In this document: positions 24,207-37,242 of the stretch, in pieces
Numbering within the stretch: the first letter of the stretch is position 1
Layout of the letters: every line of letters begins with the position of its first letter
Assembly: GCF_004010195.1 (NCBI RefSeq)
Contig: NC_057749.1
Coordinates: 25,025,248 to 25,089,247, forward strand
Reading direction: 5' to 3'
From: Chiloscyllium plagiosum
Lineage: Eukaryota
DNA length: 64,000 nucleotides
Notes under the pieces: generated by a model
Told to the model about the DNA's origin: nothing
Seen by the model: the letters and a program-made list of their open reading frames with translations, nothing else
The model's database searches: none
Program-made: the position numbers and the translations under genes

Positions 24207-25468
24207 AGTCATAGAGGTGTACAGCACGAAAACAGACCCTTCGGTCCAACTCGTCCATGCTGACCAGATATCCCAACCTAATCTGGTTCCACTTGCCAGC
24301 ACTTGGCCCATATTCCTCCAAACCCTTTCTATTGATGTACCCATCCAGATGCCTTTTGCAGTTGTACCAGTTTCCACCACTTCTCTGGCAGCTCATTCCA
24401 TGCACTCACCACCCTCTGTGTGGAAAAAGTTGCCCCTTAGGTCTGTTTTATATCTTCCCCTCTCACCCTAAACCTATGCCCTTTAGTTCTGGACTCCTGC
24501 ACCCCAGGGAAGAGACTTTGTCTATTTACTCTATCCGTGCTCTTCATGATTTTTATAAACCTTTATAACCCATAAACACTCCAGGGAAAACAGCCCCAGC
24601 CTATTCAGCCTCTCCCTGTAGCCCAAATTCTCCAACCCTGGCAACATCCTTGTAAATTTTTTCTGAATCCTTTCACATTTCACAACATCCTTCCGTGAGG
24701 AAGGAGACCAGAATTGCATGCAGTATTCCATCAGTGGCCTAACCAATGTCCTATACACTCTGCAATGTGACCTCCTAACTCCTGTACTCAATACTCTGAC
24801 CAATAAAGGAAAGCTTACCAAACACTGCCTTCACTATCCTATCTACCCTCAACTCTACTTCCAAGAAGCTATGAACCCACACTCCAAGGTCTTTGTTCAG
24901 CAGCACTCCCTAGGACCTTAGCAGGATTTGTACACTTAATGGTAAGGTTTGCGTTTTCAAAATGCAGCACCTCTCATTTATCTAAATTAAACTCCTCTGC
25001 CATTCCTCAGCCCATTAGCCCATCAGATCAAGATCCTGTTGTAATCTGAGATAACCTTTGCTGTACACTACACCTCCAATTTTGGTGTCATTTGCAAACT
25101 TAATAACTATACCTCTTATGCTCATGTCTAAATGACATGTAGTGGACCCTGCACCAATCCTTGTGACAGTCCACTGGTCACAGGCCTCCAATCTGAAAAA
25201 CGACCCTCCTCCACCCTCTGTCTTCTCCTTTGAGCCAGTTCTGTATCCAGATGGCTAGTTCTCCTTGTATTCCATGAATTCTAATCTTGCTAACCAGTCT
25301 CCCATGCAGAACCTTCTCAAATGCCTTGCTGAAGTCCAGATATATCACATCTACTGCTCTGCCCTCATTGATCCTCTTTGTTACTACGTCAAAAAAATAA
25401 AGTTTGTGAGACATGACTTCCCATGCACAGAGCCATGTTGACTATCACTAATCAGTCCTTGCCTTTCC
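24207..25468 (-). mobile_element. CR1 (HER1-like) LINE, 5'-truncated RT and 3' end, frameshifted
   Basis: ORF track: EGRAVDVIYLDFSKAFEKVLHGRL...WIQNWL and YRTLVRPLMEYCMQFWSP...ERLNRLGLFSLE. Confidence 0.93.
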
Positions 25469-25854
25469 GAACAATGGAAATTTTAATTTGTGCATTAGAC
25501 ACTCTAGGTCTGGTGAATTTGTTTGCTAGACTGTGTTCTCTGAAGTTTAATCTGAGCTGATATATTGGTCTACGTACCTGGGCACAGTGCAAAGTTTTGC
25601 ATATAGTACAGGCAGCTCACGTCTCACAAAGATCATAGGGTGATTGCATTCCTCGCTCTGTTCAATGTTACAGCTATAGAGAAGGTGTACAAAGAGTTCA
25701 GCATTAAGTTTAAAATTGAAGTCCATTCAGAAGTCTAACAACAGGGAGAAAGCTGGTCTTGAATCTGTTGGTATGTTGGTTTTAAGCTTTTGTGTATTCT
25801 GCATATCTAAGATACATTTGGAGATCTTCCAGATCTCTGATCTGCAATATATAA

Positions 25855-26570
25855 TTAGATTAGAATTAGGCCATTCAGCTCATGCAGTCAGTCTCTTCTG
25901 CCATTTCATGACTTACCTGATTGTACCCTAACTCCAATTTCTATTCTAGCAGCTGTACCCTCGCTCCCCTTGATCAAAAATCATCTATCTTCAATCTTGA
26001 ATATGTTCAATGATTTTAACTTTTTTTTTGAAGCTGTTTCCTAAGAGTAAAGATTCTCTGAGCTAAATTTCCAAGAGGGGGGGGGAAAAGGCCTGTTTTA
26101 TATATCGATATGGTCATAGGTTCTGCAGCAAGGGAAACATCTCTTCGGCATCAACTATTGAGTTCACTCAGGATCTTGTGCTTTAGGAAGGACCCCTTCT
26201 ATTCCGCATTGGTCCAAACCCTTTGACCTTTCCTCCATCAGACAATCTCATGACTCTCAATCAGCTTAATGAACCTTCTGTGCTCCCAAGGCAATTCTAT
26301 CCTATTAGGAGACCACATCTAACACTGTATTCTACCTAGAGTCCAAATGTGTGCCTGTACAGTTGTAACAAGACTTCCCTGCACTACACCATTCCCTTTT
26401 TTCTAATGAGCACCAACATTTCATTTTGTTTTCTAATTACTTGCTGTGCTCGAATGTCAAATTTGTGATTTGATATGAAAGGACACCCTCTACCTCCGCA
26501 TTCTGCAGTCTGTTTTTAAATCCTACTTTTCTATTCCATTGCAATGGACAAATTCTTTCATCCATTCATT
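25855..26570 (-). mobile_element. Old CR1 3' fragment
   Basis: Starts at a TTAGGCCATTCAGC tail followed by decayed ORF2-end sequence. Confidence 0.5.
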
Positions 26571-26639
26571 GGAAATAATTAAGGCCCTGCTCTCAACAGT
26601 TACAAATTTTAATGCCTTCACCATTACACATGACATTTT

Positions 26640-26995
26640 TAAAATGCACTCCCAGGATGAGAGCATTGCTGGCTAGTTTAACATATATTGCCCATCCCTA
26701 ATTGCCCAGAGGGCAGTTAAGAGTTAGCCACATTGCTGTGGGTCTGGAGTTGTATGTCAGCCAGACCAGGTAAGGATAGCGGTTTCCTTCCCTCAAGGCC
26801 ATTAGTGAACCAAATGGGTTTTTCCCACAATTGACAATGGATTCATCGTCATCATTGGACTCTTAATTCCAGATACTTATCAAAATCAAGTTCCTACCAT
26901 CTGCTATGGTGAGATTTGAACGAAGGGTCCCTGAAGCATTGCCTAGTTCTCTGGATTAAAGATCCAGTGATAATACCATCGGGCCGTTGCTTCCC
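26640..26995 (-). mobile_element. tRNA-headed SINE with L2-like tail
   Basis: ATTGCCCATCCCTAATTGCCCAGAGGGCAGTTAAGAG...; close match to 50915-51262. Confidence 0.85.
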
Positions 26996-27642
26996 TTTTA
27001 GGCTGTTTCCAGCTTCAATGCCAAGAACTGATGAAGTCAAACCTTGTAAGTGAAAGGTTGCAGCCCTGTCAGCCTTGATGCATTCCATTGACCAAAAGAC
27101 CCCTCCACCTTCCTGATTACTAATCTAGCCTACTCCCAGAAGTATCGGCACTTCAGTGAAATAAACAGCCTTTCTTCATTCCTTAGTTATTTTCATCTGG
27201 AATCACTGATAGAGTAGCTGTTTCAGAGTGCAGTTGAATTAGAGCCTGGAGGCCTGCCTTTCTTTCCTAGATGATCGAGAATAGAATTCTGAAATACTTG
27301 CTCGACCTCTTAAAGATGAAAAGTCTATGACCTTCAGCATACGTTTTTTGGGGCACATCTCTGTTCAGTGTGCTGAAATGAGCTAAAAGTCTCTGATATA
27401 CTGACCCAGAGAGGGACTCATGAGGGACCCCTGTCAACCCAATATTGGTCTCGGGGGCCATGATGCATGTGAGTTTGAACAGCTTCACTTGTGTGGTAAG
27501 CCTGTGCTGCAACACACATTTAGGCCATGTGTTGGTATGTTCACTCAATTGGGTTAATTTCCTATTTAGCCCCTGATGCTGAATCCAAGTATTGGCATTG
27601 CAATCTTCCTTTGCACTTGTGTGAGTGAACATCTCTCTATAA

Positions 27643-27697
27643 TTCTGGATTAGTGGTGCTGGAAGAGTACAGCAGTTCAGGCAGCATCCAAGGAGCT
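27643..27697 (-). mobile_element. Family A subfamily fragment
   Basis: TTCTGGATTAGTGGTGCTGGAAGAGTACAGCAGTTCAGGCAGCATCCAAGGAGC. Confidence 0.8.
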
Positions 27698-28043
27698 TCT
27701 ATATAGTTGCTCTACAATGTGTTCTTGCTGCTTGCTTATGCAAGTGATACGTCCAGTCTTTGCTTGAGTAGATCTGAGGTGAAGTTTCCATGGAATTTGT
27801 GCTCTGAGTCCAGGACTGCCCAGCAGATTCAGGGTGCAATTTGTAACGCTGTAGTTAATTGCTCGCCATTAATCTGCTCACAATCAACTTGGATCATCAT
27901 CTTTGTAGCATTTGAACTGGCTATAAAACTGCAAATGTGTCAAGTAAAGGTTTTGCACTCTGTCTCTAAATTAAAGAAACACTTTTTTTTTCTTCAGCAA
28001 ATTTACTTCAGCATTGCAAAAGGAATTAATGTGACCTGTGTAT

Positions 28044-28341
28044 GATTAGATTCCCTACAGTGTGGAAACAGTCCCTTCGGCCCAACAAGTCTACACCGAC
28101 CCTCTGAAGAGTAACCCACCCAGACTCATTTCCCTCTGACTAATGCACCTAACACTACGGGCAATTTAGCATGGCCAATTCACCTAACCTGCACATCTTT
28201 GGACTGTGGGAGAAACAGGAGCACCCGGAGGAAACCCACGCAGACACGGGGAGAATGTGCAAACTCCACACAGGCTGGGATCGAACCTGGGACCCTGGTG
28301 CTGAGAGGCAGCCGTGCTAACCACTGAGCCACCGTGCCATC
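28044..28341 (-). mobile_element. HE1-type V-SINE
   Basis: Head, core and tail. Confidence 0.92.
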
Positions 28342-28414
28342 CATATGCTTGCCTTCTGGATTTTTTTAACACCGACTGTAAGGGCCTACACCTCAACATT
28401 AATGTACGCTAACT

Positions 28415-28632
28415 CGAGACGTGGTGGAGGCTAGTACAACTACAGCATTTTATAAAGCATCTGGATAGGTATATGAATAGGAAGGGTTTAGAAGGATATG
28501 GAACTAGATTAATTTAGGATATCTGATCAGCACGGAGCACTTGGACCGAAGGGTCTTGTTTCTGTGCTCCTCGGATGCTGCCTGAACTGCTGTGCTTTTC
28601 CAGCACCACTAACCCAGAAGCTGCATGACTGA
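28415..28632 (+). mobile_element. CR1 3' tail with a family A fragment (about 28567-28619) inserted near its end
   Basis: TATATGAATAGGAAGGGTTTAGA...GGACCGAAGGGTC tail, then CTCCTCGGATGCTGCCTGAACTGCTGTGCTTTTCCAGCACCAC. Confidence 0.75.
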
Positions 28633-29699
28633 TGTGAATCTTCCCAGTTGAAGAAAAACGTCTTTTAATCAGTTTAAGTTAAGTTTTTGATCATGTATTA
28701 AGCTTGACTTAGCTGGAATATTAGTGAACTTTGTTAGAAATACCACATACCAAAATGGGTAGATAATCAGAATGTTGACTTAGAATTGGCGAAGAATGTT
28801 TTGCATTGTAATAAACCTGCCCTGGATATGTGCATGTTGGCTTGGAGGGCATTTGCGATACATTGATCCACACCGTGGTTTAGATATCAGTTTTTTTAAA
28901 AAATCAAATTAATGTCCATCTTCCAGCAGTGGTGGGTCATGCTGCTTTTGCTTATGTCCTCTATGTTGAATGACTTGTACTATTATGGATGCAAATTTCC
29001 ACTTAACTGTAGTCTCTACAATGAAATTGACTGAGAAATATTAACGTATAGAATATCTCCTGTCCTACTGCTTTGCCATTATTGTTAATTCCCTTCAGTG
29101 CTGTTCTAATTTTGATCCAGATTGACGCCAGCTACAATTCACTTGAAGCCGCTTTTGTGTTCTTTATCTTGGACTTTGGTTACAAGCTTCTTTTATAAGA
29201 GAACAGGCTGGCCCTGCCTCTGATTTTACTCTTGTACCGTCTGCATCAGTAACTGTACATTGGTTAACACAGATGTGGGCAACATCATCCTAGCAGCTGC
29301 AATTCTGAAGTTTTTGTTTTGGTCCTCCTTTTGCTTCCAGTCCTCCATAGATTATTGGCCACTATTTGAAATATTTCTCTAGAAGTCACTTGTTTTTTGT
29401 ATTCCTTTTTGCTTTTTGTTCTGTTCTTGAACGTTTTTGAGCCGAGGTTAGTTTTACTCCCTTTCTACAGTACTTGTTTTTCCGTTGACTAGGTTTCTTT
29501 GCCCTTCCCCCTTCAAGGGCAACAGGATCATCTTGCTGCTCATGACCCTTCACATACTACAACAGTTTTCCAAGCTGCCTCTGTCGTTCCCCCAGTTTTT
29601 ACACTGCCTGTAATCCCTTCTATTCTCTTCCTCAGTTTGTGGTTTCCGCCTTCACTTGCTTGTGCCACCTCTAGTTCTCTTTGCAATCATCTCTGCCCT

Positions 29700-29905
29700 C
29701 AGTGCAGTGGTTCTGCTGTAGTGCAGTAGTTCTGTTCTCGTGCAATCCTGTTATGAGAAAGTAGTGTAACAGTAGCAACATGTTATCTAACTGGGCCAGA
29801 GTTGCATTATGACCAATACATACTATAAAAATTTGCATTGTAGAAACTGTCCCTGATTGACTATAACACGATTGACAAATGTGTATTATGGATAGCCTGT
29901 TCATG
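29700..29905 (+). mobile_element. Tigger-like MITE remnant
   Basis: CAGTAGTT(C/G)TGTTCTC(G/A)TGCAATCCTGTTAT...GGGCCAGA.TTGCATTAT is shared with 55610-55829. Confidence 0.65.
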
Positions 29906-30782
29906 TCAGTGCCTCACTTGGGAAGCCTTTTCAGGTCTTCACTTCTGGGTGCACCACATTCTCACTGTTTCTCTCTAGATTATAATGTTGTCTCTGCAGG
30001 TTTTTTAAAAAAAAAGTGCTGGCTTTTCACATTGCCAGTCAGATTGATGTGATGAACTCTGGGCTCTTGGTCACTTGCCTCTCCAAAAGCAGGTCCATTC
30101 TGGAAAATGTTGGATTCTGTCCTCCACTCCTTGCACCTGAAATTGTAGAGAGGACGGGGTGGTAAATTGTCAGTGTCCATTTTCTTACCTTCCTGGTCAA
30201 GGCTACCCTAACCCAGCATATATCTGCTGAATACTTTTTTTTTTAAAGCATCTAGTATAATTTTGATCGGAAATATTTCTCCTCCTTCCCCTTCCCACAC
30301 CATTTTGAAGGGAAAGACTACAAATGAGCTGCAGTTTATAACCTTTGTCTTCAGTTAATTAAAGCTTGGCTTGGTGGGTTTACTTTGTTTTAAATGCAAT
30401 TCTATAGTCCTAGTGCACTGCCTCAGTCTGGTATAATAGTTATACAGCACAGAAACAGACTCTTTAGTCCAACCAGTCCTTGCTGACCATAATCCTAAAC
30501 TAGAGTCACCTGCCTGTGCATGGCCTGTTTCCCCCTCCACACTTCCTATTGTACTTCTCCAAATGTCTCTTAAATGTTGTAACAGACCCAGGAAAAGAAC
30601 AAACTGTTTTTGGGGAGTGAAAGCAGTTTATACTGCATTTCTATGGGGTCTGATTCCGATCATGTTCACAATACTCTGTATATGCGTCACCATGAAGTGA
30701 ATGTGGCAGTGTGTTCAGTAGCTTTTGTCTGCTTTGACAATCTGCACACCAGCTAGGTGATTGTATTCTTTGGGAAAGATTA

Positions 30783-31125
30783 GGGGAAGGATGACTTAAT
30801 GGCATTATCTCTGGACTGTTAATCTAGAGACTCAGGTAATACCCTATGAACCTGGGTTTGAATCCTGCCATGGCAGCTGGTGGAATTTTAATCAATAAAA
30901 ATCTGGAACAAAGAATCTGTGCATGAATCGATCGTCAGGAAAACCCTATTTGGTTCACTTTTTTTTTAGGGAAGCAAATTTGCCTTTCTTTCTTGATCTG
31001 GCCTACATGTGACTCCAGACCCACAACAATGTGGTTGACTCTTAATTGCCAACTGGGTAATTAGAAGGGTAATAAATACTGGCCTAGACAGCGATTTCCC
31101 CTCATCGCTGAATGAACTGAAAAAA
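30783..31125 (+). mobile_element. tRNA-headed SINE with L2-like tail
   Basis: B-box GGTTTGAATCC and tail AATAAATACTGGCCTAGACAGCG...TGAATGAA. Confidence 0.8.
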
Positions 31126-31366
31126 GCCCGTGTTTGAGATTTTGAGACGAATGTTTGTTTCCAAGTTGGAACTATTTGTTCACTGTTGTTAATGTCATTG
31201 TTCAGACACCCAAACAATGCAGAATATTATCCTGGTCAGGATACAGAGTGAACAGTACCAGATTTTTGTTGTAATCAACCTGTTCTGGAGCAGATGGAAT
31301 GTGAATAAAGGTCTCCTGCCTCAGACGCACTACTGTACCATCATTAAACACTTTTTAACTGCCATG

Positions 31367-31800
31367 TACCTGTATACTCAAGCAATAGCCTAATTTTTTT
31401 TGACTACTTTTTAAAGTTAAGTTTATGGGGTCCAGTATTACATGGATGTTATGTTTGAGGGGCTGAAATTCATACCTGTTAAAATGCATACCATATCATT
31501 AACAGAAGTCTAATTAATCTCTAAACAAATAGAGGAAAAATGAGCGGCGGTAATTCTGAAGGCACTGAGCAGACCACAACAGCCAGCAGACTGGAAGACC
31601 GGGAGCAGAGTGGAACAACTCCAGACTGGGAATCTGGAGCAGGATGTGACAACTGGCACACTGACTCATAAACTTTGATCTGTTATCTGTGAAGGACTAG
31701 GGTCAACTTTTACGGGATATATGGAAAATTCCAGGTTATTTGGCTAAATACAGGGGGTTGACTTTACATCAGATCAACTATTACTCACGTGGAGATGGTA
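31367..31800. mobile_element. TA-flanked Tc1/mariner-pogo-type MITE
   Basis: Decayed TIRs TACCTGTATACTC... and ...TACTCACGTGGAGATGGTA, with internal GGGTCAACTTTTAC / GGGTTGACTTTAC subterminal repeats. Confidence 0.5.
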
Positions 31801-32554
31801 TTTTTAAATGGCTAATAGAAAAGGGATTATTCAAATCAATTTTTGGCAAATGTTCGTTTTATTTACAACAATGCAATACACTCTGATAACCTTCAATACA
31901 CTCTCTCTCTGCAATTAATTTGCAATCTGGTTTAGGAGTAATTATCTATAATTGGAAGGTGGTGATTGAGTGAAGCTTTTTGAGCTCCCTGGTAACAGCT
32001 CTGAGCATTTGACTTCCCAGTTGATGAGACTATATTTTTAGCTGAGCTGTTTAGACTTGCACACCGGTGGCTGGCAGGCTTAATCTAGCTGTCCTGTGGG
32101 CATCAGGTGGCATAACGCAGGTCTGTTCAGAGGGTGTAACATTGCGTGAACAAACCAGTTAGGTTTCCATCTTGATGGGCCTATGTTAGTTTATTTTTAA
32201 TAAACAACTGATTTTGGGTGCCATGACTTCCTGCTGCCTGTCCAGTCTGTGTAGTTTACATATTCTCCCCATGTTTGTGTGGATTTGCACCAATGCTCCA
32301 GTTTCCTCCTACAGTCCAGAGATGTGCAGGTAAAGTAAATTGGCCATGGGAAATTGCCCAAATTGTAAAGTACCATACTCTCCTGTATATTGTTGGAGTT
32401 TCTCTGTATTAGCGTGATGCATGTTGGTGCCAAGCTTGGGTTTGGCTCCGTTGAGTGACATTTCTTACTGGAGTAGTATGGTTTTTAAGCCACCAACTTT
32501 GGAGCTTTCACTGAAAAGCTGAAGAGAAATTGATTTCTGAGAAACATAGCAAGT

Positions 32555-33095
32555 GTCCAATGAAAATTGTTAGAGGGATGAAGTTTAAAAACAGAATGAT
32601 GCTGCAGGTGTACAGGGTGCTGGTGAGGTCACACCTGGAGTACTGTCCAGTTTTTTTTTGTTCTCCTTTTTACTTGAGAAAGCACCTACTGGCCCTGGAG
32701 GGGATACAGATGAGGTTCACTAGGTTGCTTCCAGAGTTCAGAGGGTTGGCTTATGAGTAGACAGGTTGGAATTTGAACGAAAGATGTATCCTATCTAATC
32801 CCTTCATGATTTTATATCTTTGTATAAGATAGAAGCAGGGAGGTTGTTCCCATTGGTGGGTGAAACTAGAACAAGGGGGCAAAGCCTCAAAATAAGGGGG
32901 AACAGATTTAGGATTGAGTTGAGGAGAAACTTCACCAAAAAGGTTGAATCTGTGGAATTCCCCCACCCAGTGAAGCAGTTGAGGCTACCTCATTGTTTTT
33001 AAGACTTTTTTTTTTTGAACAGTAAAAGAATTAAGGGTAATGGTGAGAAGGTGGGCTGAAGTGGCTGAATGGCCTACTCCTGCTCTTATGTTCTT
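32555..33095 (+). mobile_element. CR1 LINE 3' fragment with an internal micro-inversion
   Basis: LQVYRVLVRSHLEYC...LEGIQMRFTRLLP and LFPLVGETRTRG on +, but YKIMKGLDRI on -. Confidence 0.88.
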
Positions 33096-33135
33096 TTGAA
33101 ATGTCCGATGAATGCAACAATTCAAAATGCAGCAG

Positions 33136-33920
33136 GGGGCAGCGTGGTGGCTTAGTGGTTAGCACTGCTGCCTCGAGTACCAACGACCTGTGTTCGATTC
33201 CAGCCTTGGGTGGCTGTCTGTGTGGAGTTTGCGCATTCTCCTTGTGTCTGCATGGGGTTGCTCTGATTTCCTCCCACAGTCCAAAGAGTCAGGTGAGGTG
33301 AATTGACCATGGAAAATTGCCCATAATGTTCATGGATGCATAGGTTAGATGTATTTGTCAGGGTAAATATAAGACAATAGGATAGGGAAATGGGTCTGAG
33401 TGGGTTGCTCTTTCTCCCGATGAGGTCTCCTCTACATTGGGGAGACTGGACACCTTCTCGCAGAGCGCTTTAGGAAACATCTCTGGGACATCCACACCAA
33501 CCACCAACCAATCCCACTGCCCCGTGGCTGAACATTTCAACTCCCCCTCCCTCTCTGCTGAGTACATGCAGGTCTTGGGCCTCCTTCGCTGCTCCCTCAC
33601 CACCTGACGTCTGGAGGAAGAACTCCTCATCTTCTGCCTTGGAACGCTTTGACCCCAAGGCATCAATGTGGACTTCACCAGTTTCCTCAATTCCCCTCTT
33701 CTCCTCTTTCTCTTCTTGTCTCTCCGCCCTGGAGGCTGCCTGTCTCCATTCCTGACGAAGGGCTGTCGATTTTTTTTTTTTTCCTGCTTGTCAGATGCTG
33801 CCTGACCTGCTGTGCTTTTCCAGCACCACTCTAATCTAGACTGATTTCCAGCATCTGCAGTCCTCACTGTTGCCCTGTTGAGCCGGTGGGCCTGGTTCCA
33901 CACTAGAGATTCTATGATCT
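33136..33920 (+). mobile_element. HE1-type V-SINE split by a Penelope-like insertion
   Basis: Head and core at 33136-33413. The tail resumes at about 33875 (CTGTTGAGCCGGTGGGCCTGGTTCCACACT). Confidence 0.85.
33414..33874 (+). mobile_element. Penelope-like element 3' fragment: GIY-YIG endonuclease C-terminus (pseudogenised) plus family A terminal repeat
   Basis: From 33424 it translates GLLYIGETGHLLAERFRKHL, then after a frameshift PVAEHFNSP...RLEEELLIFCLGTL*PQGINVDF. This is followed by CCTGACGAAGGGC and the family A body. Confidence 0.9.
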
Positions 33921-34771
33921 ATCTGTTGAAGCTTGCCTTTATTCTGGAATTTTTAGTCACCAATCATCAACTAGGATTGTATGTTTTAACCTCTAAAAAC
34001 TGCTAACTTTGTTTTTATAAAATGAAATTGTCAGTGTGTTCGTAATATACTGCACAAACCAACGTTTTTGACTGTTATAAAGTTGACCATCGACACACCA
34101 CTGTTCATTTATAATGACTCTGAAAAATGAATTGCTTTGTTTTTTCACTTAGCAAGAGATGATTAATCTCCAATCCCTAATGAAAAGACTTGTTGGGTGT
34201 CAGTCAAGTCTCAGGAAAAATATTTTTACTGACACAATCCAGTGCTCCCATAATAACGTGCTCTTTCATAAACGTTGAACTTTTTTTTTATTTCAAAAAA
34301 AACTTGGAAGTGCTCTATAAAATTGTCAATTTGAACTGCAAGTTCCATTGTTATTGGATCTTAAGGATTCATTCCGTTCTCCTTGAACTATAAACTTGAG
34401 TTGTCACAAAATCCAGGGATCCACTGATTTCCCTCCCCCATCTCTTGGTTTCCCTGTATATCCTGGGCTTGCTTGGGAACTCTCCCATCAGCATCTAGTT
34501 AGGTGAATCTTCCAGCGTGCCTCTAACACATTTCACGGCCATCCTGTATCGTGACTGCAAATCAAAAACATCTCTGGCTTCTGATATTCTCTCCGTTCCT
34601 CATCCTGGCAGATTTTCTTGCCTTTCGTCTATTACAGCTGAGATATGATAAAGCTAACACTTCCGGTGTCCCCTTCCATCGCAGTGGCAATGTAACTTGC
34701 GTTGTATGGCATGAAATGCAAATTATTTCTTCAGCTCAAAGGACAATATCAAAGTGCATGTGTATGGATAT

Positions 34772-34887
34772 GTTCTGAGGAAGGCTTGGTGGACCCGCAA
34801 CATTAACTCTTGATTTCTCTCCACAGATGCTGTCAGATCTGCTGTGCTTTTCCAGCAATGTTGTTTTTGCTTCTGATTTTTTCCATC
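34772..34887 (+). mobile_element. Family C hammerhead-motif element with 7-bp TSD
   Basis: GTT-CTGAGGA-A-GG...GACCC-GCAA-CATT-AAC. TGGATAT at 34765-34771 and 34888-34894. Confidence 0.75.
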
Positions 34888-35219
34888 TGGATATTTCAAA
34901 CCTTAATTTCCAACTGTCTTTTTCTTCGATCTGGAATAGAGTAATTTGTAGCAGTTTGGTTAACTCGCTGGCGTGTGGCGGCGAATATTGACCATTTGTT
35001 CAGTTTCTATGCCAGCTATAGTAGGTGATGGAGTGCTTTCTTGCCTCGTACATTATGTGCCACTCAAACTGTCTTGTGGAAGTAAAGGCCCATAACCCCC
35101 CTCTGCGTATGGCTGGTAATCATTTCCATCACCTCAACTCCCTTTTTCTCTCTCTGTAGCACATTCCTGCCCAAGGACTCAGTTTTGACCTTTGTCGACA
35201 AACATCCCATCTCTGTTGT

Positions 35220-35680
35220 ACATCATGGAAACAAGACCGTTCAGTCTAACTTGTCCATGCCGACCAGATCCTACATTTAATCTGGTCCCATTTGCCAGCA
35301 CTTGACCCATATCCCTCTAAACTCTCCCTATTTATGTGCCCATCCAGATGCCTTTTAAATGTTGTAATTGCACCAACCTTCACTTCCTCTGGCAGCTCAT
35401 TCCATACAGGCACCACCCTCTGTGGAAAAAGTTACTCTGGTCTCTTTTTTTTTTAAATCTTTCCCCTCTCCTTAAACCTTTGCCCTCTAGTTTTGGGTGT
35501 CCCTTCACGATTTTAAGCCTCTAAGGTCACCCCTCAACCTCTGACACTCCAGGGAAAACAGCCCCAGCCTGTTCAGCCTCTACCTACAGCTCAGAACCTG
35601 CCAACCCTGGCAACGTCCTTGTAAAGCTTTTCTGCACCGTGTTTAATCAGATCTTTCCTGTCACAGGGATGTCAGAATTT
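35220..35680 (-). mobile_element. CR1 3' fragment
   Basis: Colinear with 24207-24700 (CACTCCAGGGAAAACAGCCCCAGCCT). Confidence 0.85.
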
Positions 35681-36746
35681 AACTCCCAAGATATTTGTAA
35701 AGGCCTTTCAAATCTTTCTTGTAGGAGATCTACCCCTTTTTATTTTCCCTTCTGCAGTTCTAGGTCAGTCTGAAACTCTTCAAACCCCACTTTCTTCCAC
35801 AAATCCTATGTTTAAAGTCAATCTCCTGAATCCAAACTGTGCTTTTACAAGAACACGTTGTGTCATTGTGATATGGCAGTGTAACCTGGTGCTTTTCTGC
35901 AGTCTCAATTGAACACTGGCTTCTGATATTAGGCCTGTTTCTTTCGATGTTGAAATTCCGGCCTCAATTGCTTGTGCTTTCTTTATTGGCCTGTAAAGGT
36001 CAGTTGGACTAGTTTTTTTAATAGTAAAAGTCTGAAAGAGTTTTATGATTTGACTGTCCAAATGATTGTGTTTTTAGGGAAAAAATGGAAAATCCATCCA
36101 ACTAAACAGATGGGCAAGTAATTCGAATTTCTATTCGATGCAAAACGTGACACTTTTTTAGTGCACATTCAATCCAGCCTTATCTTGGAAGGTTTTAAGT
36201 TTGCATCTGGGAAAATAAGGCTGCCTTTGCGATGACTCTTTTAAAGCAGGAAGAGGATGCAATTTGTACCAGTTTTGGAAATTGGTGGAAACGTTTGGGA
36301 ATGGTGTTAAATATTTTGTTTGGAAATACTGTGAATGTGTAATACTGGGCGTTTAAATGAGTACAAAGTTCATTTCACCTCGGAGGTGAGTGGGTGGGAG
36401 CAGCCTCAATCCAAACCACATTCTAAGCTGGTCATGTGCAACCAGTGACCATGTGGCCTCAACATCCGATATGGGACTTGTGCACTTCCAGCTGCTGCTT
36501 TATGCTATAGCTCCACTCTGTTTAACTGTTGTTCACTTTCCTCAGCGAGTTGAGCTATTAATCAGAACCTAAATTGCTAAACCAGAGGTGAAATCTAATA
36601 ACCACACTTGGATACAAGACGGGTAGGGGAGGTTTGTGCTCCTTGATTTAACTCTTCCCATTCGAACTGCGACTGGTCAGGGTTTTCTGTGCTTGCGTTT
36701 TATACAATGGTGTTGACTTGATCCAGTTGGCACTGGGTTCATTAAG

Positions 36747-36864
36747 GCAAAAGTGAGGGCTGCAGATGCCAGAAACCAGAGTTGAGTGGTGCTGGAAAAG
36801 CACAGCAGGTCAGGCAGCATCCAAGGAGCAGGAAAATCGACGTTTTGGGCAAAAGCCCTTCAAG
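36747..36864 (-). mobile_element. Family A element with 14-bp TSD
   Basis: TSD CTGGGTTCA(T/A)TAAG at 36733-36746 and 36865-36878. Minus strand reads TGAAGGGCTTTTGCCCAAAACGTCG. Confidence 0.9.
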
Positions 36865-37119
36865 CTGGGTTCAATAAGCTAGTTGTGCCCTTTGTGCATT
36901 TTGAGCATGATAAATTTCAGGGTAATCAGAGAGGCCCTTTACTAGCTTATTTGGTCTTGTCCCTTGAACCCCTCTTTCTAACCAGATTCTAACATCCAAT
37001 GTCAAGCTGTGCATAAAGAATAAATCTTCTTTTTTGGTTAGAAGTCATAGCAATCAGAATTTGATTGCATGTGTAAATTTGAATATAGGCTTGCTTGCTG
37101 TGCAGATAAACCTGTGCTG

Positions 37120-37242
37120 CTTCTGAGGAAGGGTCAGTGGAGCTGAAACAACATTTAACTAAGTTCTCTCCACAGATGCTGCTGGACTGGCTGAGCTTTT
37201 CCAGCAACTTGTTTGATTTTCAGCATCTGCAGTTCTCTTTTT
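37120..37242 (+). mobile_element. Family C hammerhead-motif element just upstream of exon 2
   Basis: CTGAGGA (37123-37129)-A-GGGTC-AGTG-GAGCT-GAAA, then CTCTCCACAGATGCTGC...CAGCATCTGCAG. Confidence 0.8.

Noticed and set aside
27643..28619. Two family A fragments in inverted orientation as TIRs of a 1-kb composite element
   Set aside because: No shared flanking TSD, and the right fragment is nested in a CR1 tail, so two independent insertions are more likely.
33358..33903. 181-aa minus-strand ORF
   Set aside because: It is the antisense shadow of the PLE fragment. The meaningful motifs are on the + strand.
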